A stretch of DNA of 64,000 nt from Macrostomum lignano. Lineage: Eukaryota. Under the pieces are notes generated by a model. That model had not been told where the DNA came from. It did no database searches and worked only from the letters and a program-made list of their open reading frames with translations. The position numbers and the translations under genes are program-made. Positions within the stretch are counted from its first letter, which is position 1, and each line of letters starts with the position of its first letter. Of this stretch, positions 15,001-29,101 are shown piece by piece. The stretch covers positions 1 to 64,000 of the forward strand of contig NIVC01001746.1 of the NCBI GenBank assembly GCA_002269645.1, in the 5' to 3' direction.

Positions 15001-18000
15001 CGCCCACCAAGAGACAGGGGCGCCCACCAAGAGACAGGGGCGCCCACCAAGAGACAGGGGCGCCCACCAAGAGACAGGGGCGCCCACCAAGAGACAGGGG
15101 CGCCCACCAAGAGACAGGGGCGCCCACAAGAGACAGGGGCGCCCACCAAGAGACAGGGGCGCCCACCAAGAGACAGGGGCGCCCACAAGAGACAGGGGCG
15201 CCCACCAAGAGACAGGGGCGCCCACAAGAGACAGGGGCGCCCACCAAGAGACAGGGGCGCCCACAAGAGACAGGGGCGCCCACCAAGAGACAGGGGCGCC
15301 CACCAAGAGACAGGGGCGCCCACCAAGAGACAGGGGCGCCCACCAAGAGACAGGGGCGCCCACAAGAGACAGGGGCGCCCACAAGAGACAGGGGCGCCCA
15401 CCAAGAGACAGGGGCGCCCACAAGAGACAGGGGCGCCCACCAAGAGACAGGGGCGCCCACAAGAGACAGGGGCGCCCACAAGAGACAGGGGCGCCCACCA
15501 AGAGACAGGGCGCCCACCAAGAGACAGGGGCGCCCACCAAGAGACAGGGGCGCCCACCAAGAGACAGGGGCGCCCACCAAGAGACAGGGGCGCCCACCAA
15601 GAGACAGGGGCGCCCACCAAGAGACAGGGGCGCCCACAAGAGACAGGGGCGCCCACCAAGAGACAGGGGCGCCCACCAAGAGACAGGGGCGCCCACCAAG
15701 AGACAGGGGCGCCCACCAAGAGACAGGGGCGCCCACCAAGAGACAGGGGCGCCCACCAAGAGACAGGGGCGCCCACAAGAGACAGGGGCGCCCACCAAGA
15801 GACAGGGGCGCCCACAAGAGACAGGGGCGCCCACCAAGAGACAGGGGCGCCCACCAAGAGACAGGGGCGCCCACCAAGAGACAGGGGCGCCCACCAAGAG
15901 ACAGGGGCGCCCACCAAGAGACAGGGGCGCCCACCAAGAGACAGGGGCGCCCACCAAGAGACAGGGGCGCCCACCAAGAGACAGGGGCGCCCACCAAGAG
16001 ACAGGGGCGCCCACAAGAGACAGGGGCGCCCACCAAGAGACAGGGGCGCCCACCAAGAGACAGGGGCGCCCACCAAGAGACAGGGGCGCCCACCAAGAGA
16101 CAGGGGCGCCCACCAAGAGACAGGGGCGCCCACCAAGAGACAGGGGCGCCCACCAAGAGACAGGGGCGCCCACCAAGAGACAGGGGCGCCCACCAAGAGA
16201 CAGGGGCGCCCACCAAGAGACAGGGGCGCCCACCAAGAGACAGGGGCGCCCACCAAGAGACAGGGCGCCCACCAAGAGACAGGGGCGCCCACAAGAGACA
16301 GGGGCGCCCACCAAGAGACAGGGGCGCCCACCAAGAGACAGGGGCGCCCACCAAGAGACAGGGGCGCCCACCAAGAGACAGGGGCGCCCACCAAGAGACA
16401 GGGGCGCCCAAGAGACAGGGGCGCCCACCAAGAGACAGGGGCGCCCACCAAGAGACAGGGGCGCCCACCAAGAGACAGGGGCGCCCACCAAGAGACAGGG
16501 GCGCCCACCAAGAGACAGGGGCGCCCACCAAGAGACAGGGGCGCCCACCAAGAGACAGGGGCGCCCACCAAGAGACAGGGGCGCCCACCAAGAGACAGGG
16601 GCGCCCACCAAGAGACAGGGGCGCCCACCAAGAGACAGGGGCGCCCACCAAGAGACAGGGGCGCCCACCAAGAGACAGGGGCGCCCACCAAGAGACAGGG
16701 GCGCCCACCAAGAGACAGGGGCGCCCACCAAGAGACAGGGGCGCCCACCAAGAGACAGGGGCGCCCACCAAGAGACAGGGGCGCCCACCAAGAGACAGGG
16801 GCGCCCACCAAGAGACAGGGGCGCCCACCAAGAGACAGGGGCGCCCACCAAGAGACAGGGGCGCCCACCAAGAGACAGGGGCGCCCACCAAGAGACAGGG
16901 GCGCCCACCAAGAGACAGGGGCGCCCACCAAGAGACAGGGGCGCCCACCAAGAGACAGGGGCGCCCACCAAGAGACAGGGGCGCCCACCAAGAGACAGGG
17001 GCGCCCACCAAGAGACAGGGGCGCCCACCAAGAGACAGGGGCGCCCACCAAGAGACAGGGGCGCCCACCAAGAGACAGGGGCGCCCACCAAGAGACAGGG
17101 GCGCCCACCAAGAGACAGGGGCGCCCACCAAGAGACAGGGGCGCCCACCAAGAGACAGGGGCGCCCACCAAGAGACAGGGGCGCCCACCAAGAGACAGGG
17201 GCGCCCACCAAGAGACAGGGGCGCCCACCAAGAGACAGGGGCGCCCACCAAGAGACAGGGGCGCCCACCAAGAGACAGGGGCGCCCACCAAGAGACAGGG
17301 GCGCCCACCAAGAGACAGGGGCGCCCACCAAGAGACAGGGGCGCCCACCAAGAGACAGGGGCGCCCACCAAGAGACAGGGGCGCCCACCAAGAGACAGGG
17401 GCGCCCACCAAGAGACAGGGCGCCCACCAAGAGACAGGGGCGCCCACCAAGAGACAGGGGCGCCCACCAAGAGACAGGGGCGCCCACCAAGAGACAGGGG
17501 CGCCCACCAAGAGACAGGGGCGCCCACCAAGAGACAGGGGCGCCCACCAAGAGACAGGGGCGCCCACCAAGAGACAGGGGCGCCCACCAAGAGACAGGGG
17601 CGCCCACAAGAGACAGGGGCGCCCACCAAGAGACAGGGGCGCCCACAAGAGACAGGGGCGCCCACCAAGAGACAGGGGCGCCCACAAGAGACAGGGGCGC
17701 CCACCAAGAGACAGGGGCGCCCACCAAGAGACAGGGGCGCCCACCAAGAGACAGGGGCGCCCACCAAGAGACAGGGCGCCCACCAAGAGACAGGGGCGCC
17801 CACCAAGAGACAGGGGCGCCCACCAAGAGACAGGGGCGCCCACAAGAGACAGGGGCGCCCACCAAGAGACAGGGGCGCCCACCAAGAGACAGGGGCGCCC
17901 ACCAAGAGACAGGGGCGCCCACCAAGAGACAGGGGCGCCCACCAAGAGACAGGGGCGCCCACCAAGAGACAGGGGCGCCCACCAAGAGACAGGGGCGCCC

Positions 18001-21000
18001 ACCAAGAGACAGGGGCGCCCACCAAGAGACAGGGGCGCCCACCAAGAGACAGGGGCGCCCACCAAGAGACAGGGGCGCCCACCAAGAGACAGGGGCGCCC
18101 ACCAAGAGACAGGGGCGCCCACCAAGAGACAGGGGCGCCCACCAAGAGACAGGGGCGCCCACCAAGAGACAGGGGCGCCCACCAAGAGACAGGGGCGCCC
18201 ACCAAGAGACAGGGGCGCCCACCAAGAGACAGGGGCGCCCACCAAGAGACAGGGGCGCCCACCAAGAGACAGGGGCGCCCACCAAGAGACAGGGGCGCCC
18301 ACCAAGAGACAGGGGCGCCCACCAAGAGACAGGGGCGCCCACCAAGAGACAGGGGCGCCCACCAAGAGACAGGGGCGCCCACCAAGAGACAGGGGCGCCC
18401 ACCAAGAGACAGGGGCGCCCACCAAGAGACAGGGGCGCCCACCAAGAGACAGGGGCGCCCACCAAGAGACAGGGGCGCCCACCAAGAGACAGGGGCGCCC
18501 ACCAAGAGACAGGGGCGCCCACCAAGAGACAGGGGCGCCCACCAAGAGACAGGGCGCCCACCAAGAGACAGGGGCGCCCACAAGAGACAGGGGCGCCCAC
18601 CAAGAGACAGGGCGCCCACAAGAGACAGGGGCGCCCACCAAGAGACAGGGGCGCCCACCAAGAGACAGGGGCGCCCACCAAGAGACAGGGGCGCCCACAA
18701 GAGACAGGGGCGCCCACCAAGAGACAGGGGCGCCCACCAAGAGACAGGGGCGCCCACCAAGAGACAGGGGCGCCCACCAAGAGACAGGGGCGCCCACCAA
18801 GAGACAGGGGCGCCCACCAAGAGACAGGGGCGCCCACCAAGAGACAGGGGCGCCCACAAGAGACAGGGGCGCCCACCAAGAGACAGGGGCGCCCACAAGA
18901 GACAGGGGCGCCCACCAAGAGACAGGGGCGCCCACAAGAGACAGGGGCGCCCACCAAGAGACAGGGGCGCCCACCAAGAGACAGGGGCGCCCACCAAGAG
19001 ACAGGGGCGCCCACAAGAGACAGGGGCGCCCACCAAGAGACAGGGGCGCCCACCAAGAGACAGGGGCGCCCACCAAGAGACAGGGGCGCCCACCAAGAGA
19101 CAGGGGCGCCCACCAAGAGACAGGGGCGCCCACCAAGAGACAGGGGCGCCCACCAAGAGACAGGGGCGCCCACAAGAGACAGGGGCGCCCACCAAGAGAC
19201 AGGGGCGCCCACCAAGAGACAGGGGCGCCCACCAAGAGACAGGGGCGCCCACCAAGAGACAGGGGCGCCCACCAAGAGACAGGGGCGCCCACCAAGAGAC
19301 AGGGGCGCCCACCAAGAGACAGGGGCGCCCACCAAGAGACAGGGGCGCCCACCAAGAGACAGGGGCGCCCACCAAGAGACAGGGGCGCCCACCAAGAGAC
19401 AGGGGCGCCCACCAAGAGACAGGGGCGCCCACCAAGAGACAGGGGCGCCCACCAAGAGACAGGGGCGCCCACCAAGAGACAGGGGCGCCCACCAAGAGAC
19501 AGGGGCGCCCACCAAGAGACAGGGGCGCCCACCAAGAGACAGGGGCGCCCACCAAGAGACAGGGGCGCCCACCAAGAGACAGGGGCGCCCCAAGAGACAG
19601 GGGCGCCCACCAAGAGACAGGGGCGCCCACCAAGAGACAGGGGCGCCCACCAAGAGACAGGGGCGCCCACCAAGAGACAGGGGCGCCCACCAAGAGACAG
19701 GGGCGCCCACCAAGAGACAGGGGCGCCCACCAAGAGACAGGGGCGCCCACAAGAGACAGGGGCGCCCACCAAGAGACAGGGGCGCCCACCAAGAGACAGG
19801 GGCGCCCACCAAGAGACAGGGGCGCCCACAAGAGACAGGGGCGCCCACCAAGAGACAGGGGCGCCCACCAAGAGACAGGGGCGCCCACCAAGAGACAGGG
19901 GCGCCCACCAAGAGACAGGGGCGCCCACCAAGAGACAGGGGCGCCCACCAAGAGACAGGGGCGCCCACCAAGAGACAGGGGCGCCCACAAGAGACAGGGG
20001 CGCCCACCAAGAGACAGGGGCGCCCACAAGAGACAGGGGCGCCCACCAAGAGACAGGGGCGCCCACAAGAGACAGGGGCGCCCACCAAGAGACAGGGGCG
20101 CCCACCAAGAGACAGGGGCGCCCACCAAGAGACAGGGGCGCCCACCAAGAGACAGGGGCGCCCACCAAGAGACAGGGGCGCCCAAGAGACAGGGGCGCCC
20201 ACCAAGAGACAGGGGCGCCCACCAAGAGACAGGGGCGCCCACCAAGAGACAGGGGCGCCCACCAAGAGACAGGGGCGCCCACCAAGAGACAGGGGCGCCC
20301 ACCAAGAGACAGGGGCGCCCACCAAGAGACAGGGGCGCCCACCAAGAGACAGGGGCGCCCACCAAGAGACAGGGGCGCCCACCAAGAGACAGGGGCGCCC
20401 ACCAAGAGACAGGGGCGCCCACCAAGAGACAGGGGCGCCCACCAAGAGACAGGGGCGCCCACCAAGAGACAGGGGCGCCCACCAAGAGACAGGGGCGCCC
20501 ACCAAGAGACAGGGGCGCCCACCAAGAGACAGGGGCGCCCACCAAGAGACAGGGGCGCCCACCAAGAGACAGGGGCGCCCACCAAGAGACAGGGGCGCCC
20601 ACCAAGAGACAGGGGCGCCCACCAAGAGACAGGGGCGCCCACCAAGAGACAGGGGCGCCCACCAAGAGACAGGGGCGCCCACCAAGAGACAGGGGCGCCC
20701 ACCAAGAGACAGGGGCGCCCACCAAGAGACAGGGGCGCCCACCAAGAGACAGGGGCGCCCCAAGAGACAGGGGCGCCCACCAAGAGACAGGGGCGCCCAC
20801 CAAGAGACAGGGGCGCCCACCAAGAGACAGGGGCGCCCACCAAGAGACAGGGGCGCCCACAAGAGACAGGGGCGCCCACCAAGAGACAGGGGCGCCCACC
20901 AAGAGACAGGGGCGCCCACCAAGAGACAGGGGCGCCCACAAGAGACAGGGGCGCCCACCAAGAGACAGGGGCGCCCACCAAGAGACAGGGGCGCCCACAA

Positions 21001-24000
21001 GAGACAGGGGCGCCCACCAAGAGACAGGGGCGCCCACAAGAGACAGGGGCGCCCACCAAGAGACAGGGGCGCCCACCAAGAGACAGGGGCGCCCACCAAG
21101 AGACAGGGGCGCCCACCAAGAGACAGGGGCGCCCACCAAGAGACAGGGGCGCCCACCAAGAGACAGGGGCGCCCACCAAGAGACAGGGGCGCCCACCAAG
21201 AGACAGGGGCGCCCACCAAGAGACAGGGGCGCCCACCAAGAGACAGGGGCGCCCACCAAGAGACAGGGGCGCCCACCAAGAGACAGGGGCGCCCACCAAG
21301 AGACAGGGGCGCCCACCAAGAGACAGGGGCGCCCACCAAGAGACAGGGGCGCCCACCAAGAGACAGGGGCGCCCACCAAGAGACAGGGGCGCCCACCAAG
21401 AGACAGGGGCGCCCACCAAGAGACAGGGGCGCCCACCAAGAGACAGGGGCGCCCACCAAGAGACAGGGGCGCCCACCAAGAGACAGGGGCGCCCACCAAG
21501 AGACAGGGGCGCCCACCAAGAGACAGGGCGCCCACCAAGAGACAGGGGCGCCCACAAGAGACAGGGGCGCCCACCAAGAGACAGGGGCGCCCACCAAGAG
21601 ACAGGGGCGCCCACCAAGAGACAGGGGCGCCCACCAAGAGACAGGGGCGCCCACAAGAGACAGGGGCGCCCACCAAGAGACAGGGGCGCCCACCAAGAGA
21701 CAGGGGCGCCCACCAAGAGACAGGGGCGCCCACCAAGAGACAGGGGCGCCCACAAGAGACAGGGGCGCCCACCAAGAGACAGGGGCGCCCACAAGAGACA
21801 GGGGCGCCCACCAAGAGACAGGGGCGCCCACCAAGAGACAGGGCGCCACCAAGAGACAGGGGCGCCCACCAAGAGACAGGGGCGCCCACCAAGAGACAGG
21901 GGCGCCCACCAAGAGACAGGGGCGCCCACCAAGAGACAGGGGCGCCCACCAAGAGACAGGGGCGCCCACCAAGAGACAGGGGCGCCCACCAAGAGACAGG
22001 GGCGCCCACAAGAGACAGGGGCGCCCACCAAGAGACAGGGGCGCCCACCAAGAGACAGGGGCGCCCACAAGAGACAGGGGCGCCCACCAAGAGACAGGGG
22101 CGCCCACCAAGAGACAGGGGCGCCCACCAAGAGACAGGGGCGCCCACCAAGAGACAGGGGCGCCCACCAAGAGACAGGGGCGCCCACCAAGAGACAGGGG
22201 CGCCCACAAGAGACAGGGGCGCCCACCAAGAGACAGGGGCGCCCACAAGAGACAGGGGCGCCCACCAAGAGACAGGGGCGCCCACCAAGAGACAGGGGCG
22301 CCCACAAGAGACAGGGGCGCCCACCAAGAGACAGGGGCGCCCACAAGAGACAGGGGCGCCCACCAAGAGACAGGGGCGCCCACCAAGAGACAGGGGCGCC
22401 CACCAAGAGACAGGGGCGCCCACCAAGAGACAGGGGCGCCCACCAAGAGACAGGGGCGCCCACCAAGAGACAGGGGCGCCCACCAAGAGACAGGGGCGCC
22501 CACAAGAGACAGGGGCGCCCACCAAGAGACAGGGGCGCCCACCAAGAGACAGGGGCGCCCACCAAGAGACAGGGGCGCCCACCAAGAGACAGGGGCGCCC
22601 ACCAAGAGACAGGGGCGCCCACCAAGAGACAGGGGCGCCCACCAAGAGACAGGGGCGCCCACCAAGAGACAGGGGCGCCCACCAAGAGACAGGGGCGCCC
22701 ACCAAGAGACAGGGGCGCCCACCAAGAGACAGGGGCGCCCACCAAGAGACAGGGGCGCCCACCAAGAGACAGGGGCGCCCACCAAGAGACAGGGGCGCCC
22801 ACCAAGAGACAGGGGCGCCCACCAAGAGACAGGGGCGCCCACCAAGAGACAGGGGCGCCCACCAAGAGACAGGGGCGCCCACCAAGAGACAGGGGCGCCC
22901 ACCAAGAGACAGGGGCGCCCACCAAGAGACAGGGGCGCCCACCAAGAGACAGGGGCGCCCACCAAGAGACAGGGGCGCCCACCAAGAGACAGGGGCGCCC
23001 ACCAAGAGACAGGGGCGCCCACCAAGAGACAGGGGCGCCCACCAAGAGACAGGGGCGCCCACCAAGAGACAGGGGCGCCCACCAAGAGACAGGGGCGCCC
23101 ACCAAGAGACAGGGGCGCCCACCAAGAGACAGGGGCGCCCACCAAGAGACAGGGGCGCCCACCAAGAGACAGGGGCGCCCACCAAGAGACAGGGGCGCCC
23201 ACCAAGAGACAGGGGCGCCCACCAAGAGACAGGGGCGCCCACAAGAGACAGGGGCGCCCACCAAGAGACAGGGGCGCCCACCAAGAGACAGGGGCCCACC
23301 AAGAGACAGGGGCGCCCACCAAGAGACAGGGCGCCCACCAAGAGACAGGGGCGCCCACCAAGAGACAGGGGCGCCCACCAAGAGACAGGGGCGCCCACCA
23401 AGAGACAGGGGCGCCCACCAAGAGACAGGGGCGCCCACCAAGAGACAGGGGCGCCCACCAAGAGACAGGGGCGCCCACCAAGAGACAGGGGCGCCCACCA
23501 AGAGACAGGGGCGCCCACCAAGAGACAGGGGCGCCCACCAAGAGACAGGGGCGCCCACAAGAGACAGGGGCGCCCACCAAGAGACAGGGGCGCCCACCAA
23601 GAGACAGGGGCGCCCACCAAGAGACAGGGGCGCCCACCAAGAGACAGGGGCGCCCACCAAGAGACAGGGGCGCCCACCAAGAGACAGGGGCGCCCACAAG
23701 AGACAGGGGCGCCCACCAAGAGACAGGGGCGCCCACCAAGAGACAGGGGCGCCCACAAGAGACAGGGGCGCCCACCAAGAGACAGGGGCGCCCACAAGAG
23801 ACAGGGGCGCCCACCAAGAGACAGGGGCGCCCACAAGAGACAGGGGCGCCCACCAAGAGACAGGGGCGCCCACCAAGAGACAGGGGCGCCCACCAAGAGA
23901 CAGGGGCGCCCACCAAGAGACAGGGGCGCCCACCAAGAGACAGGGGCGCCCACCAAGAGACAGGGGCGCCCACCAAGAGACAGGGGCGCCCACAAGAGAC

Positions 24001-27000
24001 AGGGGCGCCCACCAAGAGACAGGGGCGCCCACAAGAGACAGGGGCGCCCACCAAGAGACAGGGGCGCCCACCAAGAGACAGGGCGCCCACCAAGAGACAG
24101 GGGCGCCCACCAAGAGACAGGGGCGCCCACCAAGAGACAGGGGCGCCCACCAAGAGACAGGGGCGCCCACCAAGAGACAGGGGCGCCCACCAAGAGACAG
24201 GGGCGCCCACCAAGAGACAGGGGCGCCCACCAAGAGACAGGGGCGCCCACCAAGAGACAGGGGCGCCCACCAAGAGACAGGGGCGCCCACCAAGAGACAG
24301 GGGCGCCCACCAAGAGACAGGGGCGCCCACCAAGAGACAGGGGCGCCCACCAAGAGACAGGGGCGCCCACCAAGAGACAGGGGCGCCCACCAAGAGACAG
24401 GGGCGCCCACCAAGAGACAGGGGCGCCCACCAAGAGACAGGGGCGCCCACCAAGAGACAGGGGCGCCCACCAAGAGACAGGGGCGCCCACCAAGAGACAG
24501 GGGCGCCCACCAAGAGACAGGGGCGCCCACCAAGAGACAGGGGCGCCCACCAAGAGACAGGGGCGCCCACCAAGAGACAGGGGCGCCCACCAAGAGACAG
24601 GGGCGCCCACCAAGAGACAGGGGCGCCCACCAAGAGACAGGGGCGCCCACAAGAGACAGGGGCGCCCACCAAGAGACAGGGGCGCCCACCAAGAGACAGG
24701 GGCGCCCACCAAGAGACAGGGGCGCCCACCAAGAGACAGGGGCGCCCACCAAGAGACAGGGGCGCCCACAAGAGACAGGGGCGCCCACAAGAGACAGGGG
24801 CGCCCACCAAGAGACAGGGGCGCCCACCAAGAGACAGGGGCGCCCACCAAGAGACAGGGGCGCCCACAAGAGACAGGGGCGCCACCAAGAGACAGGGGCG
24901 CCCACCAAGAGACAGGGGCGCCCACCAAGAGACAGGGGCGCCCACAAGAGACAGGGGCGCCCACCAAGAGACAGGGGCGCCCACCAAGAGACAGGGGCGC
25001 CCACCAAGAGACAGGGGCGCCCACCAAGAGACAGGGGCGCCCACCAAGAGACAGGGGCGCCCACCAAGAGACAGGGGCGCCCACCAAGAGACAGGGGCGC
25101 CCACCAAGAGACAGGGGCGCCCACAAGAGACAGGGGCGCCCACCAAGAGACAGGGGCGCCCACAAGAGACAGGGGCGCCCACCAAGAGACAGGGGCGCCC
25201 ACCAAGAGACAGGGGCGCCCACCAAGAGACAGGGGCGCCCACCAAGAGACAGGGGCGCCCACCAAGAGACAGGGGCGCCCACCAAGAGACAGGGGCGCCC
25301 ACCAAGAGACAGGGGCGCCCACCAAGAGACAGGGGCGCCCACCAAGAGACAGGGGCGCCCACCAAGAGACAGGGGCGCCCACCAAGAGACAGGGGCGCCC
25401 ACCAAGAGACAGGGGCGCCCACCAAGAGACAGGGGCGCCCACCAAGAGACAGGGGCGCCCACCAAGAGACAGGGGCGCCCACCAAGAGACAGGGGCGCCC
25501 ACCAAGAGACAGGGGCGCCCACCAAGAGACAGGGGCGCCCACCAAGAGACAGGGGCGCCCACCAAGAGACAGGGGCGCCCACCAAGAGACAGGGGCGCCC
25601 ACCAAGAGACAGGGGCGCCCACCAAGAGACAGGGGCGCCCACCAAGAGACAGGGGCGCCCACCAAGAGACAGGGGCGCCCACAAGAGACAGGGGCGCCCA
25701 CCAAGAGACAGGGGCGCCCACCAAGAGACAGGGGCGCCCACCAAGAGACAGGGGCGCCCACCAAGAGACAGGGGCGCCCACCAAGAGACAGGGGCGCCCA
25801 CCAAGAGACAGGGGCGCCCACCAAGAGACAGGGGCGCCCACCAAGAGACAGGGGCGCCCACCAAGAGACAGGGGCGCCCACCAAGAGACAGGGGCGCCCA
25901 CCAAGAGACAGGGGCGCCCACCAAGAGACAGGGGCGCCCACCAAGAGACAGGGGCGCCCACCAAGAGACAGGGGCGCCCACCAAGAGACAGGGGCGCCCA
26001 CCAAGAGACAGGGGCGCCCACCAAGAGACAGGGGCGCCCACCAAGAGACAGGGGCGCCCACAAGAGACAGGGGCGCCCACCAAGAGACAGGGGCGCCCAC
26101 CAAGAGACAGGGGCGCCCACCAAGAGACAGGGGCGCCCACCAAGAGACAGGGGCGCCCACCAAGAGACAGGGGCGCCCACCAAGAGACAGGGGCGCCCAC
26201 AAGAGACAGGGGCGCCCACCAAGAGACAGGGGCGCCCACCAAGAGACAGGGGCGCCCACAAGAGACAGGGGCGCCCACCAAGAGACAGGGGCGCCCACAA
26301 GAGACAGGGGCGCCCACAAGAGACAGGGGCGCCCACCAAGAGACAGGGGCGCCCACCAAGAGACAGGGGCGCCCACCAAGAGACAGGGGCGCCCACCAAG
26401 AGACAGGGGCGCCCACAAGAGACAGGGGCGCCCACCAAGAGACAGGGGCGCCCACCAAGAGACAGGGGCGCCCACCAAGAGACAGGGGCGCCCACCAAGA
26501 GACAGGGGCGCCCACAAGAGACAGGGGCGCCCACCAAGAGACAGGGGCGCCCACCAAGAGACAGGGGCGCCCACCAAGAGACAGGGGCGCCCACCAAGAG
26601 ACAGGGGCGCCCACCAAGAGACAGGGGCGCCCACCAAGAGACAGGGGCGCCCACCAAGAGACAGGGGCGCCCACCAAGAGACAGGGCGCCCACCAAGAGA
26701 CAGGGGCGCCCACCAAGAGACAGGGGCGCCCACCAAGAGACAGGGGCGCCCACCAAGAGACAGGGGCGCCCACCAAGAGACAGGGGCGCCCACCAAGAGA
26801 CAGGGGCGCCCACCAAGAGACAGGGGCGCCCACCAAGAGACAGGGGCGCCCACCAAGAGACAGGGGCGCCCACCAAGAGACAGGGGCGCCCACCAAGAGA
26901 CAGGGGCGCCCACCAAGAGACAGGGGCGCCCACCAAGAGACAGGGGCGCCCACAAGAGACAGGGGCGCCCACCAAGAGACAGGGGCGCCCACCAAGAGAC

Positions 27001-28216
27001 AGGGGCGCCCACAAGAGACAGGGGCGCCCACCAAGAGACAGGGGCGCCCACCAAGAGACAGGGGCGCCCACCAAGAGACAGGGGCGCCCACCAAGAGACA
27101 GGGGCGCCCACCAAGAGACAGGGGCGCCCACCAAGAGACAGGGGCGCCCACCAAGAGACAGGGGCGCCCACAAGAGACAGGGGCGCCCACCAAGAGACAG
27201 GGGCGCCCACCAAGAGACAGGGGCGCCCACCAAGAGACAGGGGCGCCCACCAAGAGACAGGGGCGCCCACCAAGAGACAGGGGCGCCCACCAAGAGACAG
27301 GGGCGCCCACCAAGAGACAGGGGCGCCACCAAGAGACAGGGGCGCCCACCAAGAGACAGGGGCGCCCACCAAGAGACAGGGGCGCCCACCAAGAGACAGG
27401 GGCGCCCACCAAGAGACAGGGGCGCCCACCAAGAGACAGGGGCGCCCACCAAGAGACAGGGGCGCCCACCAAGAGACAGGGGCGCCCACCAAGAGACAGG
27501 GGCGCCCACCAAGAGACAGGGGCGCCCACCAAGAGACAGGGCGCCCACCAAGAGACAGGGGCGCCCACCAAGAGACAGGGCGCCCACAAGAGACAGGGGC
27601 GCCCACCAAGAGACAGGGGCGCCCACCAAGAGACAGGGCGCCCACAAGAGACAGGGGCGCCCACCAAGAGACAGGGGCGCCCACCAAGAGACAGGGGCGC
27701 CACAAGAGACAGGAGCGCCCAAGAGACAGGGGCGCCCGCCAAGAGACAGGGGCGCCCACCAAGAGACAGGGCGCCCGCCAAGAGACAGGGCGCCCGCCAA
27801 GAGACAGGGGCGCCCCCAAGAGACAGGGGCGCCCGCCAAGAGACAGGGCGCCCACCAAGAGACAGGGCGCCCACCAAGAGACAGGGGCGCCCACCAAGAG
27901 ACAGGGGCGCCCACCAAGAGACAGGGCGCCCACCAAGAGACAGGGCGCCCACCAAGAGACAGGGGCGCCCCCAAGAGACAGGGGCGCCCACCAAGAGACA
28001 GGGGCGCCCACCAAGAGACAGGGGCGCCCACCAAGAGACAGGGGCGCCCACCAAGAGACAGGGGCGCCCACCAAGAGACAGGGCGCCCACCAAGAGACAG
28101 GGGCGCAAACCAAGAGACAGGGGCGCCCACCAAGAGACAGGGGCGCCCGCCAAGAGACAGGGGCGCCCGCCAAGAGACAGGGGCGCCCACCAAGAGACAG
28201 GGGCGCCCGCCAAGAG
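1..28216. repeat. Satellite array, 20-bp monomer CCACCAAGAGACAGGGGCGC, ~1,400 copies, open at the left window edge
   Basis: Continuous tandem copies from base 1 to ...cgccaagag at 28216, then an abrupt switch to AT-rich unique DNA. Monomer is 7C/7G/6A/0T, has one CpG, and forms the palindrome GGGCGCCC across each junction. Variants are mostly 1-bp deletions. Confidence 0.99.
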
Positions 28217-29095
28217 TAAAAAAAGCGAAAAAAGTAAATTTTTAGCATGACTATACATACACTCGTACATGTAGGTGGGTCTTGAAATTAGGTCCTCCTA
28301 GCACATGTTTGCCTGATTTTAATTAACATTTACCATGCTGTAATTTATCAAAAAGATTCATTCTTCGAATACGTTGAGCTTAGGTTAGCGACAACGCACT
28401 AACCAATGCTTGATGTGCATGTACGTGGCACATTCACAAGCATTCATCCATGTATACTGTGAATGCAGTTTCTTTATGAATGCTTTTTCATCAGTAAACC
28501 AAATGCGATAGGACTTCTAATTTATCCTTAGCTAGTTTATCCCAAGATAGCTCGTAATTGTAACTTTTCCAAAGTGACTTATTCCAAAGGTAACTACTTC
28601 CGAGGTGACTCTGACTACAGTATAACTTCTCCCAAGGAAAATTAAACTTCGACAAAAAAATTCTAGTACTCATATGTAAAGCACGTTTTAATAAAGATAT
28701 CTAAATATTATTTGTATTTATAAACAAAGTTTCACAACGAGCAGCAGAAAATGAAGCTGACCTAGTTTTAACTAATAAAGTACATTTCCGCTCGCTAGAC
28801 TTACAACTTACAAGGCAAATATCCATAAGGGCTAGCAGTTTTAAAAGAATTAGTTATCTAATCGAGCTGAAGATGCGACAAATAGAAAAGAAACAGAAAT
28901 TCTGGCCTCAGAGTTCAGATTGAGTTTCGGCAGAATTTTACTGGGGATAAATTCACACAACATTTGTGCAGGGTAAATTTTATGGCAAGTTGGCGACAAA
29001 TTTATTCTGCAATAGACTACTGTTAGTAGAGAAAAAGAATATCGACAGCGACAATCAAAATAGTAAAAAATATGCGTTTTTTGAGTTTCGAACTG

Positions 29096-29101
29096 TTTAT
29101 T
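29096..29101 (-). promoter_or_regulatory. Candidate polyadenylation signal (AATAAA) for CBF-beta
   Basis: tttatt on the + strand, ~300 nt downstream of the stop codon. A second copy lies at 29001-29006. Motif match only. Confidence 0.25.

Noticed and set aside
1-28216. CRISPR-like array (palindromic repeat at regular spacing)
   Set aside because: No unique spacers, no cas genes, and a eukaryotic context. The same applies to the 42-, 43- and 31-bp arrays.
1-28216. Resemblance of the monomer to the CTCF motif CCACCAGGGGGCGC
   Set aside because: The two halves are separated by a 6-nt insertion; the best ungapped match is only about 8/14.
432-28250. 9272-aa ORF
   Set aside because: The satellite has no T on the + strand, so stop codons are impossible; the start is a lone GTG from a single variant base, and the protein is just three frames of the 20-mer.
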